Shown piece by piece: positions 24,924 through 34,803 of a stretch of 64,000 bases of DNA. Numbering within the stretch: the first letter of the stretch is position 1; the number at the start of each line of letters is the position of its first letter. The stretch is taken from IMG/VR virus record IMGVR_UViG_3300046690_000279, positions 1 through 64,000 of that record. One strand, given 5' to 3'. A program made the position numbers and the translations under genes. Source of the DNA: a virus. The notes under the pieces were generated by a model, which had not been told where the DNA came from, ran no database searches, and saw only the letters and a list, made by a program, of their open reading frames with translations.

Positions 24924-25766
24924 GTGGCCATCCGCACTGTCCACAAGACTGGCGGGCGTTTCTACTTCAACGAGGATTTCCCGGATATCAAGTACCCGGG
25001 CGTTACCTCCGTTGTCGGCATGGTGCCCAAACCCTTTCTCGCGTACTGGCAGGCGAAGGAAGCGGCCGAACTGGCTGTCGACTCCATCGACTTCATTAAG
25101 GACATGGCCGCGCGGGATCGGCAGGGCGCTGTCGACTACGTCAAGGGTGCCGCGAACCGCTACACGAAGCGACGCAGTCAGGTTGGCAGCGACGCGCACG
25201 ATCTGTTCGAGCGGATGATCAGGGGCCAGCGCGTAGGCCGTGTCCACCCCGACATGGTCCCGTACCAGCGCAACTTTGCTGAGTTCCTCGACGGCGTGCA
25301 GCCTGAGCTAGTCCGCGCCGAAGATGTCGCCTGGTCCGACGAGCACCAGTACGCGGGCAGCTTCGACGGCATTCTGCGCCTGCGCCTCGACGAGCACGGC
25401 AAGCCTGCGAAGCATGGCGAGCCCTCCCTTGTGATGGCCGACTGGAAGACAAGCAAGGCCACCTACCCGGACGTGGCGCTTCAGATGAGCGCTTACGCAC
25501 ACGCTGAGCACATCATCAGCCCGGACGGAACCCGCACGGACATGCCCGACTTTGATGGGGCTGTGGTCCTGCACATCACCCCGGATCAGGCGGCGTTCAA
25601 GCCCGTGCGCATCGCCGATGAGAACGGCCAGCCTGATGTGTTCGCACACTTCCTGAGCCTTCGGCACACGTTCGAGTGGGTCAACAAGGTGTCCAAGACC
25701 GTACTCGGGGACCCGATTTGGTCGACCGATGGCGCCCTGGTTACCGGCACTCAGCGAAGGGCGTAG
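24924..25766 (+). CDS. PD-(D/E)XK exonuclease (Cas4-like)
   Basis: PGVTSV, GSDAH, YAGSFD, ADWKT, LQMSAY motifs. Confidence 0.85.
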   Translation: MAIRTVHKTGGRFYFNEDFPDIKYPGVTSVVGMVPKPFLAYWQAKEAAELAVDSIDFIKDMAARDRQGAVDYVKGAANRYTKRRSQVGSDAHDLFERMIRGQRVGRVHPDMVPYQRNFAEFLDGVQPELVRAEDVAWSDEHQYAGSFDGILRLRLDEHGKPAKHGEPSLVMADWKTSKATYPDVALQMSAYAHAEHIISPDGTRTDMPDFDGAVVLHITPDQAAFKPVRIADENGQPDVFAHFLSLRHTFEWVNKVSKTVLGDPIWSTDGALVTGTQRRA

Positions 25767-25846
25767 CCCGTGGCACACAAGCACACCGGCCAGTGCTGCG
25801 GGCATGGGTACTGCGCGTGCGGGAAGTCCTGCAAGGTGGCGAAGCC

Positions 25847-25951
25847 GTGACGCTCATGAATGTGCTGTCTAGCCCCTGGTTTTGGGCCTTCGCGCCCCTG
25901 TGGCTGATTGCCGTTGTCCTGTTCGCTGCCTGGCTCGACGGCGACTGGTAA
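25847..25951 (+). CDS. Small membrane peptide
   Basis: 34-aa hydrophobic ORF, translationally coupled. Confidence 0.5.
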   Translation: MTLMNVLSSPWFWAFAPLWLIAVVLFAAWLDGDW

Positions 25952-25963
25952 CCGACCCGCTAG
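25947..25963 (+). promoter_or_regulatory. Phage-specific promoter motif
   Basis: GGTAACCGACCCGCTAG. Confidence 0.7.
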
Positions 25964-26104
25964 GACCACTTCGAAGGGGGACGGGCGGCAGGCTACGCCG
26001 AACTAGCGACCCTGCATGGGTTGCACGTAAGCGATGCGCCCCGCCCGTTCCCGTTCCACATTCACAGCCTGCGCGCGAGCGCTTCACAGATACGGCGGTA
26101 ACCC

Positions 26105-26833
26105 ATGGCCCTGCGCATTTTCGACACCGACCCTGACGCAAAGCCGAAGCCTCGCACGGCGAAGGTTGAGTACGAGCGGCCCGTGTTTCAGTTCCGATCC
26201 GGCATGCAGGTGCGCAACCCTGACACGCGCCGCATGGAGCCTGTCAGCCTCTCCAACTGGCGTGTCCTGACGGACGATCCGACTGTGGCCGAGAGCATCG
26301 CCGAACTTCTGGGCGGCAGCGCTGAGGAGCACGACCCGACGAAGGCGATGCACCTTCAGGTACTCACTGAGACTCCCTCGGTTGAGATCGTCATTGCGGG
26401 CTCGCGCGCCATTGAGGACAAGCTCATCCTGTGGGGCATCGGCGGACCCGCCCACGAGTGCGACGGCGAGTATTCGCTACTGCCCGACGACAAGGGCGAG
26501 CCGTGTGGTTGCCCGCGCACCATGGCCGAGCGCAAGGACCTGGCGAAGCGCCGTCCGCCCAAGGGTCCGTCCCCGTCCATCAACGTGACTTTCCGGCTCG
26601 CTGGGCTGGGCTACGAGCTGGGCGCTGGACGCCTGATAGCTACCGCCTGGTCGCTGGCCGAGGTCATCCACGAAGTGAAGGATGCGCTAGACCAGGTCGA
26701 CGGAGAAGCCCTTTGCCGACTGGAGCTTGAGCACGTCCAGTACACCAACAAGGCGGGCATTGACGTCAGCTATCGCAAGCCGGTTATCACGGTGCTCGGG
26801 TCCTACAACGACGCCATCGGCGAAGAGCGGTAG
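26105..26833 (+). CDS. Recombination directionality factor, phiC31 gp3-like
   Basis: H.CDG...PCGCP...ERK, SYRKP.ITVL.SYNDAI motifs match phiC31 gp3 as recalled. Confidence 0.85.
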   Translation: MALRIFDTDPDAKPKPRTAKVEYERPVFQFRSGMQVRNPDTRRMEPVSLSNWRVLTDDPTVAESIAELLGGSAEEHDPTKAMHLQVLTETPSVEIVIAGSRAIEDKLILWGIGGPAHECDGEYSLLPDDKGEPCGCPRTMAERKDLAKRRPPKGPSPSINVTFRLAGLGYELGAGRLIATAWSLAEVIHEVKDALDQVDGEALCRLELEHVQYTNKAGIDVSYRKPVITVLGSYNDAIGEER

Positions 26834-26840
26834 GCAAGCC

Positions 26841-27026
26841 GTGCCGCTGAACGAAACTCAGCGGGTGAACGTGGTGGCTGTGCTGGCTCGCGCATCAGAT
26901 GAGTACCTGGCCCAGCCACTCTGGAACTTCCACCCGTACTACGCGCCGTTCGTGCTGTCTGCGCGAGCGCGCCGCAATGTCCTGCAACACGACCCTGAGC
27001 CTTCGGGCGATCCCGAATACAGCTAG
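26841..27026 (+). CDS. Hypothetical early protein
   Basis: Fills the gap in the operon. Confidence 0.55.
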   Translation: MPLNETQRVNVVAVLARASDEYLAQPLWNFHPYYAPFVLSARARRNVLQHDPEPSGDPEYS

Positions 27027-27039
27027 GAGAGCGAAGCAC

Positions 27040-27309
27040 ATGGCCCTTTACGAGGTTATCCGCACCGACGACGTTGCCCCCGGTGAGTTCGTCTCTGCGT
27101 TCGTCATCGCTGGCGGTGCGGCGCAGGCACGTAACGCTGTGGCGCACCTGGCGGGCGTGGTGGCTACCGGCAAGCGGACGAACATTCTCGCTGCCAAGGT
27201 CGACACCACGAAGCGAGTCCAGATCATCAGCATTTACGACGACGAGCGCGCTCCTGACGCTGCCGCCGACCACATCACGGCGTTCCCTGAGGCTCACGAA
27301 GCCTGGTAG
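27040..27309 (+). CDS. Hypothetical early protein
   Basis: SD AGGAG; followed by a terminator. Confidence 0.7.
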   Translation: MALYEVIRTDDVAPGEFVSAFVIAGGAAQARNAVAHLAGVVATGKRTNILAAKVDTTKRVQIISIYDDERAPDAAADHITAFPEAHEAW

Positions 27310-27316
27310 GCCGATT

Positions 27317-27354
27317 GCCCGGAGCTTCCGCACTGCGCGGAGGTTCCGGGCTTT
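27317..27354 (+). terminator. Intrinsic terminator
   Basis: GCCCGGAGCTTCCGC/GCGGAGGTTCCGGGC plus TTT. Confidence 0.65.
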
Positions 27355-27432
27355 AGGCAGTAGCGAAGCAAGGAGAGAGGCTACGCCGATGGCTTTCATC
27401 TTTACGTCCGAACGTGACCCGAGGAGAGAAAA

Positions 27433-27745
27433 CGTGGCTGCTTTCAAGGCTGGCGACAAAGTCAAGTACCGGGGCATGGTGATGCCCGCTGAGGTGCTGT
27501 CCGGCCCGCACCAGTCCAACGGCCGTAACCGCTACCTGATTACCAAGGCCGACGGCAACGTCTCGCTGGTGCCTGTCACCGACCTTGAGCGAGTGGTCCC
27601 CCGACTCGACCAGGTGGCGGGAACGCTGTCCGTGGTCCTTTACGGGCGCGCGTTCGTGTCGCTCCCGCGCCACACTCAGTTGCAGTTGGCGCAGGCCGCT
27701 TCCCGCGTAATCGCCATCGCTGATGACACGAAGGGCCAGGCGTAG
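27433..27745 (+). CDS. Hypothetical protein (SH3-like FKAGDKV start)
   Basis: SD GAGGAG; alternative start at 27388. Confidence 0.6.
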
Positions 27746-27748
27746 CGC

Positions 27749-28039
27749 ATGGGAAAGCGCGGAGTAGTCACCGACTACGCAGGCGAGGAACTCTACGCTG
27801 GCGACCTGATCACGTTCGCTACACGGCACGCTAACCGGGTCCGCATGTCCGATGCGGTGGTCCTGGATGTGACCACAAAGTCTGTTGGTGGCCGCCTGGT
27901 GCCCACGCTGATGGTTCAGCCCACGGGCAGGGACAGCGGATGGGGGCTGGGCGCTCGCAAGACGCTTCGGCCGGTTGAGGTCAGCGCGGAGCATGTGCGC
28001 CTGGTCACGCCCGATTTCGCTGTGCAGGACCGCAAGTAA
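27749..28039 (+). CDS. Hypothetical early protein
   Basis: Operon-packed ORF. Confidence 0.7.
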   Translation: MGKRGVVTDYAGEELYAGDLITFATRHANRVRMSDAVVLDVTTKSVGGRLVPTLMVQPTGRDSGWGLGARKTLRPVEVSAEHVRLVTPDFAVQDRK

Positions 28040-28094
28040 CAGAAGGGGGGTCAGTGTTGCGCTCTGCGCTCGCTGGCCCCTTTTCGTGTCGGAC

Positions 28095-28116
28095 CACATA
28101 CGGATATCCGGAGGTG
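28095..28116. promoter_or_regulatory. 22-bp operator (SD variant) after terminator 28043-28084
   Basis: CACATACGGATATCCGGAGGTG. Confidence 0.8.
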
Positions 28117-28121
28117 ACCCC

Positions 28122-28293
28122 TGTGACTATCTCGGGGACGGCTGCACCCGCGCTGGGTGATGTGCGGGCAGCAGCGTACGGAGAAACCATCTGGCTTAAG
28201 CCAGGTGCAACGAAGCGTAAGGACTGGCCCCGGTACATGGACGCGCTCACTGTGGCGCTGACTCGGGGCGTTGACGTTAGGTGGGTCCGATGA
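28122..28293 (+). CDS. Small hypothetical protein (start approximate)
   Basis: SD inside the operator. Confidence 0.55.
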
Positions 28294-28351
28294 CAACGCT
28301 GAATGCTCTTTGCTGGGGCCTGCTACTCGGGTACCTGATTTGGGGGAAGCG

Positions 28352-28774
28352 GTGAAGGTCTGCCGACTATGCGGGCGGGGAAAGCCCGCCGAACAGTTCC
28401 TCGCTGGCAAGGCCCAGAAGCCGTCTTCGACGTGTAGCACATGCCGCCGCAAGGCCCAGCAGCAACACATCAAGAATTTCTACCGCCGGTTGCCGCCAGA
28501 CAAGCGCCATGAGCTAACCCACAAGCGGCGCGCGGAGTCCTACGGCGTCGAGCATGCCCCTTACAGCCGTACGGCCATCCTCGCTCGCTGGAAGCACAAG
28601 TGTGCCTACTGCAACCGTGTTGCCACGCACCTTGACCACGTCCACCCGCTGAGCAAGGGCGGGGCAGATGCAGAGCACAACATCGTTCCGGCATGTGCCC
28701 CGTGCAATCTGAGTAAGGGGGCTAAGACGCTGGCCGAGTGGGCGCTCACCTTCACATACGAGCCACCCTTCTGA
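28352..28774 (+). CDS. HNH endonuclease with N-terminal zinc finger
   Basis: CAYC...DHVHPLSKGG...NIVPACAPCNLSK. Confidence 0.9.
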   Translation: MKVCRLCGRGKPAEQFLAGKAQKPSSTCSTCRRKAQQQHIKNFYRRLPPDKRHELTHKRRAESYGVEHAPYSRTAILARWKHKCAYCNRVATHLDHVHPLSKGGADAEHNIVPACAPCNLSKGAKTLAEWALTFTYEPPF

Positions 28775-28779
28775 GCGCT

Positions 28780-28796
28780 GGTAACCGACTCGCTAT
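28780..28796 (+). promoter_or_regulatory. Phage-specific promoter motif
   Basis: GGTAACCGACTCGCTAT upstream of the primase. Confidence 0.7.
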
Positions 28797-28818
28797 ACCC
28801 CCGTGAACGACAGAGAGG

Positions 28819-31272
28819 ATGCTGCACATGCAGTTCACTGAAATGCTCGACCGCTTCACGGGGGTCAGCGAACAGGATGACGGCGGGTACCTGGCGCACT
28901 GCCCAGCGCACGCCGACAGTAAGCCTAGCCTTCGGCTGTGGCGGGGCGACGACAACAAGGTTCGGATCACATGCCGCGCGGGGTGTTCAACGGGCGCTGT
29001 GATACAGGCAGTTGGGCTCACATGGTCCGATCTGTTCAACGCCGAGGGCGACGGCGCCACCGTTCCGAAGGAGCGCCCTGCCATGGTCGGCATAGCCCAC
29101 ATCGCTGGCCTTCAGAGCTACGTCGACATTGCCGGGCAGAACTTGCGCGGTAGCGGGTCACGCAACGCAGACCATGCAGCGCGCTATGCGGCACACAGGT
29201 TCGGCATCACCCCAGCCATGTTCGAGGATCTTGAGCTTGGGCTCAGCGACGACGACACACGGGCCACGTTCCCGTACCTGAGTCGTGCGTTCCTGGCGTT
29301 CCCTCGCCTGGTTGTCCCCCTGTGTGACTTTGACGGGACCGTGCGCGGGTTGCAGGGACGTGACCTTACCGGCGAATGCCCAGGGCGCTGGGTATCGCTG
29401 AGCAACCCTCAGGGCCACCGTTGGGCGCCGTACGGCGTCTTTCGCGGGCAGGGTGGCTACGGGGTCACGCTCATCACTGAGGGCCCCGGAGACGGGCTTA
29501 CAGCGGTTGCGGTGGGCTACGACGTCGTCATGGTCCGGGGCGCTGCGCTCGCTGGCTCACCCGAGTTGCTGGCAGAGATTGCCGAAGGGGTGCGCGGTAC
29601 CCAGGTAATCGCCTGCGGTGACGCTGACAAGTCAGGGCAGGACTTCAATCAGAAGTTGGCCGATGGCCTGAAGGCCCATGGCATTGAGGTCTACGCGCTG
29701 CCCCTGCCTACCTCGCTGCCCAATAAGGGCGACCTTACTGACTGGCGCGCGCTCGACCCTGACGCGTTCCCGTGGGCAATCCACAACGCCATCAAGGCCG
29801 CTCGACCCGTGGCCAAGCCTGAAGAGGCACGGCGCGAAGCTGTCAGTGTTGAGCTGAACGAAGCCACCGGCGCGGACACAGTCAGCCGTGACCAGGGCAG
29901 TGAAGCGGGCCGCATCCTGGCTTCGGTCATGGAACGCTACGGCGAGTCTGATGCGATGAACGCTCACGCACTGGTCGCTTGGACGGACGGCCGCATCAAG
30001 TACGCCCCGGGGCTTGGCTTCTATGTGTGGAACGGCCGCACGTGGGAGCGCAGCGAAGTCAAGGTTCGCCAAGAGATTCACCGTATGGGCGCCGCCCTGG
30101 TGCTCGCTGGCAAGCTGCAAGAGTCCAAGGGTTTCACCATGACGACGCGTATAGACGCGCTCATGACGGAGCTGCGCAGTGTGCCCAGCGTGTACGTGGC
30201 GGTGCAGGATTTCGACAACCGGCCCGACCTGCTGAGCTTCCGTAACGGCACCGTCGAGCTACGCACGGGCCACCTGCGGCCACATGCAAAGCAAGACATG
30301 CTCACGTATTGCCTGGCGCTGGACTACGACGCTGCCGCGCAAGCTCCGCGCTGGGAAGCGTTCCTACAAGAAATCATGCCTGGCATGCCTGAGATGCCTG
30401 CCTACCTGCAACGCCTCATTGGCTACGGCGTCACCGGCAACACGGATGAGCAGTGTTTCGCCGTGCTGTGGGGTAAGGGCGCCAACGGCAAATCTGTCCT
30501 CACCGAGACGCTATCCAGCGTGTTCGGCAACGTCACGAAAACGACACCCTTTGCAACCTTCGAAGAAAAGCAGTCAGGCGGCATTCCGAACGATATTGCT
30601 GCGCTGCGCGGTGCGCGTCTGGTCATGGCTTCGGAGGGCGAGTCGGGCAAGCCCATGAGTGAGGCTGTGCTAAAGCGGGTCACCGGTAAGGACATGGTCA
30701 GCGCACGATTCCTGCGCCAAGAGTTCTTTGAGTTCCGGCCGTCCTTTCTGCTGATGCTGGCCACCAACCACAAGCCGAAGTTTCGCGGGCAGGATGACGG
30801 GCTTTGGCGACGGGTCAAGATGATCCCGTTCAAGCGGTTCTTTGCGCCCCATGAGCGTGATTACGACCTTGACAGCAAGCTGCGGGCAGAGGCGCAGGGC
30901 ATCGCAGCGTGGGCGGTCCGGGGCGCTGTCGAGTGGTACTCCAACGGCTTGCAGGACCCCAGCGTCATCACAGCGGCTAGCCGCGAGTACCGCGAAACGT
31001 CTGACGCGCTGGTCGGTTTCTTCCCCGGAGTCTTCGAGCGGGACGAGTCGCACAGCGTGCCCGGGGCGGACGCATACAACGCCTACCGCGAGTGGTGTGA
31101 GGCCGAGGGACTCCCGTCCAAGGAAATCTGGACGCGTCGCAGCTTCTATGACGCGATGGAAGAGCGGCAGGTGTCGCGAAAGAAGACGAACAAGGGAATC
31201 ACGCTGGTGGGTATCCGCCCCGCCGACGCTGCCACGAAGGCAACGGGTCCGGGCATCTTCGGGAAGGACTAA
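28819..31272 (+). CDS. Primase-helicase (Zn finger, Toprim and P4/D5-like SF3 helicase)
   Basis: CPAH.D..PSL, ITEGPGD, DAD, GKGANGKS, ATNHKP, WRR motifs. Confidence 0.93.
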   Translation: MLHMQFTEMLDRFTGVSEQDDGGYLAHCPAHADSKPSLRLWRGDDNKVRITCRAGCSTGAVIQAVGLTWSDLFNAEGDGATVPKERPAMVGIAHIAGLQSYVDIAGQNLRGSGSRNADHAARYAAHRFGITPAMFEDLELGLSDDDTRATFPYLSRAFLAFPRLVVPLCDFDGTVRGLQGRDLTGECPGRWVSLSNPQGHRWAPYGVFRGQGGYGVTLITEGPGDGLTAVAVGYDVVMVRGAALAGSPELLAEIAEGVRGTQVIACGDADKSGQDFNQKLADGLKAHGIEVYALPLPTSLPNKGDLTDWRALDPDAFPWAIHNAIKAARPVAKPEEARREAVSVELNEATGADTVSRDQGSEAGRILASVMERYGESDAMNAHALVAWTDGRIKYAPGLGFYVWNGRTWERSEVKVRQEIHRMGAALVLAGKLQESKGFTMTTRIDALMTELRSVPSVYVAVQDFDNRPDLLSFRNGTVELRTGHLRPHAKQDMLTYCLALDYDAAAQAPRWEAFLQEIMPGMPEMPAYLQRLIGYGVTGNTDEQCFAVLWGKGANGKSVLTETLSSVFGNVTKTTPFATFEEKQSGGIPNDIAALRGARLVMASEGESGKPMSEAVLKRVTGKDMVSARFLRQEFFEFRPSFLLMLATNHKPKFRGQDDGLWRRVKMIPFKRFFAPHERDYDLDSKLRAEAQGIAAWAVRGAVEWYSNGLQDPSVITAASREYRETSDALVGFFPGVFERDESHSVPGADAYNAYREWCEAEGLPSKEIWTRRSFYDAMEERQVSRKKTNKGITLVGIRPADAATKATGPGIFGKD

Positions 31273-31319
31273 GGCTGGCGCCAACGGCGACCAGTGACAC
31301 AAAGCATGCCCGAGGGGGT

Positions 31320-31341
31320 CACCTACGGATATCCGTATGTG
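31320..31341. promoter_or_regulatory. 22-bp operator with extended arms
   Basis: Within the hairpin 31311..31350. Confidence 0.8.
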
Positions 31342-31372
31342 ACCCCTTCGCGCTGAACAGAGGGGCTTCGCA

Positions 31373-33229
31373 GTGAAGATCTACCCGTACGAGATTGCTG
31401 GCGAGCCGGTTACCGTCAAGGTTCCGGAGACGCGCGAGGATCTAAGCGAGTTCCAAGAGTGGTTTATGCGCGCCAACTCTGCGGGACCGATCGCGCTGGA
31501 TACCGAAACCACCGGCCTCGACATCTACTCCCACGGATACCGCCTGCGCACCATTCAGTTCGGCGATCGGCGCACAGCGTGGGTCGTCCTGTACGAGCTG
31601 GGCGGGCATTTCGTCGCTGCTGCGCTGTGGGCCCTGCGCCGTGGTCGGAAGTTCCAGATTCACAACGCGCCCTTTGACTGGGCCGTCATCGACCGCCATG
31701 CAGGCGTCAGCATTGAGTCGCTCGCCCCGCGAACCATTGACACTCGCCTAAAGGCTGGCCTGGTTGATCCGCGCCAGCCGCAGGAAGGTGGGCGAGGCAC
31801 GGCCCTTAAGCCCCTCAGCGCGTACTACGTCGACCCCGCAGCGCCGGATACTCAGGGCGACCTGACAGCAGTCTTCCGCTCGCTGAAACTGACGAAGGCA
31901 ACGGGCTGGGCCGGTATTCCGCTGGACCACCCCACTTACCTTCTGTACGCGGGTCTCGATGTGCTGCTCACGGCGCGTCTTGATGTGGAACTGGACCGTG
32001 AACTCAGCGCGCTTGATGTGCGTCCGCGCCTGGTCCAGTACGAGCACGAGATAGCGCGCATATGTGCGGTCATGCAGCGCAAGGGCATGGTCCTTGACGT
32101 CGACTACACGCGCACGCTCGACGAGTCGCTACAGGCTGAGGCCGCTGAGTTTGAGTTGAAGGCCCAGCGCTACGGCGTGACCAACGTCAACGCTCCCGCA
32201 CAGTTGCGCGAGGCACTCTTCGCCATGGGTGAAACCTGGCTGTCTGACGAGCGCACAGCTTCCGGCGCACTGAAGGTAGACAAGGCGGTCTTGCACCGCT
32301 TTGCAGACCTTGACCAGAACAGCGGGGCACCCCTCGGCACGCGCAGGCCCAACCCGCTGGCCGAAGCCATCATTCGCAGTAAGCGGGCGGGGAAATGGCG
32401 CAGTGCCTACACACAGACGTTCCTCGACACCATGGACGCTGAGGGCAGGGTGCACAGCTTCATCAACAGCATGCAGGCACGCACCGGCCGTATGTCCATC
32501 ACTCGTCCGGCGCTGCAAACCCTGCCGTCCGGTGATGCCATGGTCCGGCGCGCGCTACTCGCTGATGAAGGCGAGGTGATCGTGTCCACTGACTTCGCTG
32601 CCGTTGAACTGCGCGTGCTCGCTGCGCTGGGTGATGTGAAGCGTATGAAGGAAGCCATCACGAAGGGCGAAGACCTGCACTCCTTCACTGCCCGACTCGT
32701 CTTCGGCGAAGGCTTCACAGCGAAGCACCGGAAGATCTCTAAGGGGATTGCCTTCGGCAAGGTCTATGGGGGTGGCGCTGCAACCATCAGCCGACAGACC
32801 GGAGCACCGATCGAGGATGTTCGCCGCGCGATGGCCGCCTATGACCGGGTCTACCCGGAGGTGCGGCGCATGTCGAACGCGTGGCAGCGCGAAGCGTACG
32901 AGACGGGCATGGTGCATGTGTCTGTGACCGGGCGCAGGCTTCCGCTGGACCGTGATCGGACGTACGCCGTTGTGAACTACGGGGTGCAGAGCGCTGCCCG
33001 TGACTGCCTGGGGCAGAGTCTCATCAACCTTGAAGAGGCTGGCGTGCTTGATGCGCTCCGCTTGCCGATTCATGACGAGGTGCTGGCGAGTGTGCCGCGC
33101 GCTGAGGCCAGCGACTACGCGAAGATCATTCAGGACTGTATGACGTTCGACCTGTACGGGGTCCCGATCGAGGCAGAGGCAGAGATAGGCGGGCGGTCCT
33201 GGGGCTCGCTCTACGGCGCTGACTTCTAG
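31373..33229 (+). CDS. DNA polymerase family A (3'-5' exonuclease plus polymerase)
   Basis: DTETTG ExoI; RTGRMS; DFAAVELR motif A; K...FGKVYG motif B; IHDE motif C. Confidence 0.96.
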   Translation: MKIYPYEIAGEPVTVKVPETREDLSEFQEWFMRANSAGPIALDTETTGLDIYSHGYRLRTIQFGDRRTAWVVLYELGGHFVAAALWALRRGRKFQIHNAPFDWAVIDRHAGVSIESLAPRTIDTRLKAGLVDPRQPQEGGRGTALKPLSAYYVDPAAPDTQGDLTAVFRSLKLTKATGWAGIPLDHPTYLLYAGLDVLLTARLDVELDRELSALDVRPRLVQYEHEIARICAVMQRKGMVLDVDYTRTLDESLQAEAAEFELKAQRYGVTNVNAPAQLREALFAMGETWLSDERTASGALKVDKAVLHRFADLDQNSGAPLGTRRPNPLAEAIIRSKRAGKWRSAYTQTFLDTMDAEGRVHSFINSMQARTGRMSITRPALQTLPSGDAMVRRALLADEGEVIVSTDFAAVELRVLAALGDVKRMKEAITKGEDLHSFTARLVFGEGFTAKHRKISKGIAFGKVYGGGAATISRQTGAPIEDVRRAMAAYDRVYPEVRRMSNAWQREAYETGMVHVSVTGRRLPLDRDRTYAVVNYGVQSAARDCLGQSLINLEEAGVLDALRLPIHDEVLASVPRAEASDYAKIIQDCMTFDLYGVPIEAEAEIGGRSWGSLYGADF

Positions 33230-33622
33230 TTACCAACCCGTACGGTGAGGGTGAGGCCATGTTCCGGTTGCGGAGCGTGGCCTTTTCCTACTTTTTACCA
33301 AATCCGTTGAACGCTGGTCACGCCTTCAAATCTGTGTGCGCCACATGTGAAGGAACCGTGTCTTCCGATCATTCCAAGGGATGAACCCCGGTCTCGCCTT
33401 CGAAACCGCTACAACGATCTTGCCTAGTAGCAGGTCTAACGGGTGCTCAGCGCAGAAAAGATCGTTGACCACCTACGAAAAACGGCGTTGAGTGCACACA
33501 GCAACGACGAGTGATCCGGCCGGACACTCGTCCACGCAGACACCCCACCGAGTGGGAGTCGTCTGGTACCCCGCGCCGCCCTCACATGCTTTGAGTTGCG
33601 CAAATCCGGCCGAACTCCGCTT

Positions 33623-33639
33623 GGTAACCGACTCGCTAG
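33623..33639 (+). promoter_or_regulatory. Phage-specific promoter motif
   Basis: GGTAACCGACTCGCTAG. Confidence 0.7.
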
Positions 33640-33672
33640 GGCCCCTAGCAAGCCAACCGAACGGAGTCCCCC

Positions 33673-34803
33673 ATGTCTCTCACCATCGAGCACATTCGCG
33701 CCGCGCAGGACAACGACCTTGCCGCCATCACGGCAGTCATCGCCGACATGGACGAGCGCATATCCCGGCTCGCTGCGCAGGCTGCACGACGACTGAACGG
33801 CGACCACCGCGAAGACTTCGAGCAGGACGCACGCGAGGCACTCTTCAGGGCGCTCCCGCGCTTCGACGCTGACACCGTGGACGCGTTCCACGGGTTCATG
33901 TTCAGCAGCATTCAGGACGCACTGAAGGACAAGGTTCGCTCTGCGCGATACGTCGGTGTGGACAAGGACGCAGTGAAGGTCTTCATGTCGATGCTGGGCG
34001 ACGCTGAGGGCGACCCGTACCGCGCTGAGCAGATGGCGCAGACCGTTCCCGCTAAGGGGCTCCGACTCAGCGCCGACCGTGCCCACGCTGCGCGGCTCGC
34101 ATGGCAGGGCATCGTGTCTGTGGACCAGGTGGCCGGTTCGGGTGGCACACAGCACGGGAACGGGTTCGCAGGTAACGGCACGATTGCCGACACGCTGGCC
34201 GTGACTGACGAACTCCCCCAGGTTCAGCCGAAGGTTGGTCACGGTGCCGCTCTGGAAGCGCTGGCCGTGCTCAACCGGTACGTGTGCGTGGGTGTCCGGC
34301 GCATGACTCCGGGCGAGTTTTCTGCCAACCTGCCCGCGCTGGTCGAGGCGCTGGAAGACACCGTGCGGGTGCCCAGTGACCCGACGATTCGCCGCTATGT
34401 GCTGGACGCGATGGCCATCCTGCGTTCCGCTGTGTCGACTGCTTCCGATGGCGACCTTGCCGATGAACTGCGGGATGTGTCCGACGATCGGCGCGACGAG
34501 CGGGTAGCCAAGATCGAAATGATTCGCAATGCGCTGGGCAGGGTGAGCGCGCAGCAGTACACCATCTTGGTTCACTCGTTCGGCATCGGCGGCGCGGAAG
34601 ACTTCGGGTGGGGCGATGGCTCCGACCTTGACGGGCTTGCCAAGTTCCTCGGCACGACACCTGGCAACGTCAAGAAGCAGCGCTCGGCCGGACGGCTGGC
34701 GTTTACGAAGCACTTCATAGCCTTGGCGGTGCACACCCTCGAAGCTGCGATGGCGTGGGAAGCTGCCGCCGCTGAGATGCGCAAGCCTGCTGGCCGCAAG
34801 TGA
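33673..34803 (+). CDS. Sigma-factor-like transcription regulator (phiC31 gp12-like)
   Basis: Sigma region-2-like EDFEQDAREALFRALPRFD; C-terminal HTH LAKFLGTTPGNVKK; position after pol. Confidence 0.8.
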   Translation: MSLTIEHIRAAQDNDLAAITAVIADMDERISRLAAQAARRLNGDHREDFEQDAREALFRALPRFDADTVDAFHGFMFSSIQDALKDKVRSARYVGVDKDAVKVFMSMLGDAEGDPYRAEQMAQTVPAKGLRLSADRAHAARLAWQGIVSVDQVAGSGGTQHGNGFAGNGTIADTLAVTDELPQVQPKVGHGAALEALAVLNRYVCVGVRRMTPGEFSANLPALVEALEDTVRVPSDPTIRRYVLDAMAILRSAVSTASDGDLADELRDVSDDRRDERVAKIEMIRNALGRVSAQQYTILVHSFGIGGAEDFGWGDGSDLDGLAKFLGTTPGNVKKQRSAGRLAFTKHFIALAVHTLEAAMAWEAAAAEMRKPAGRK

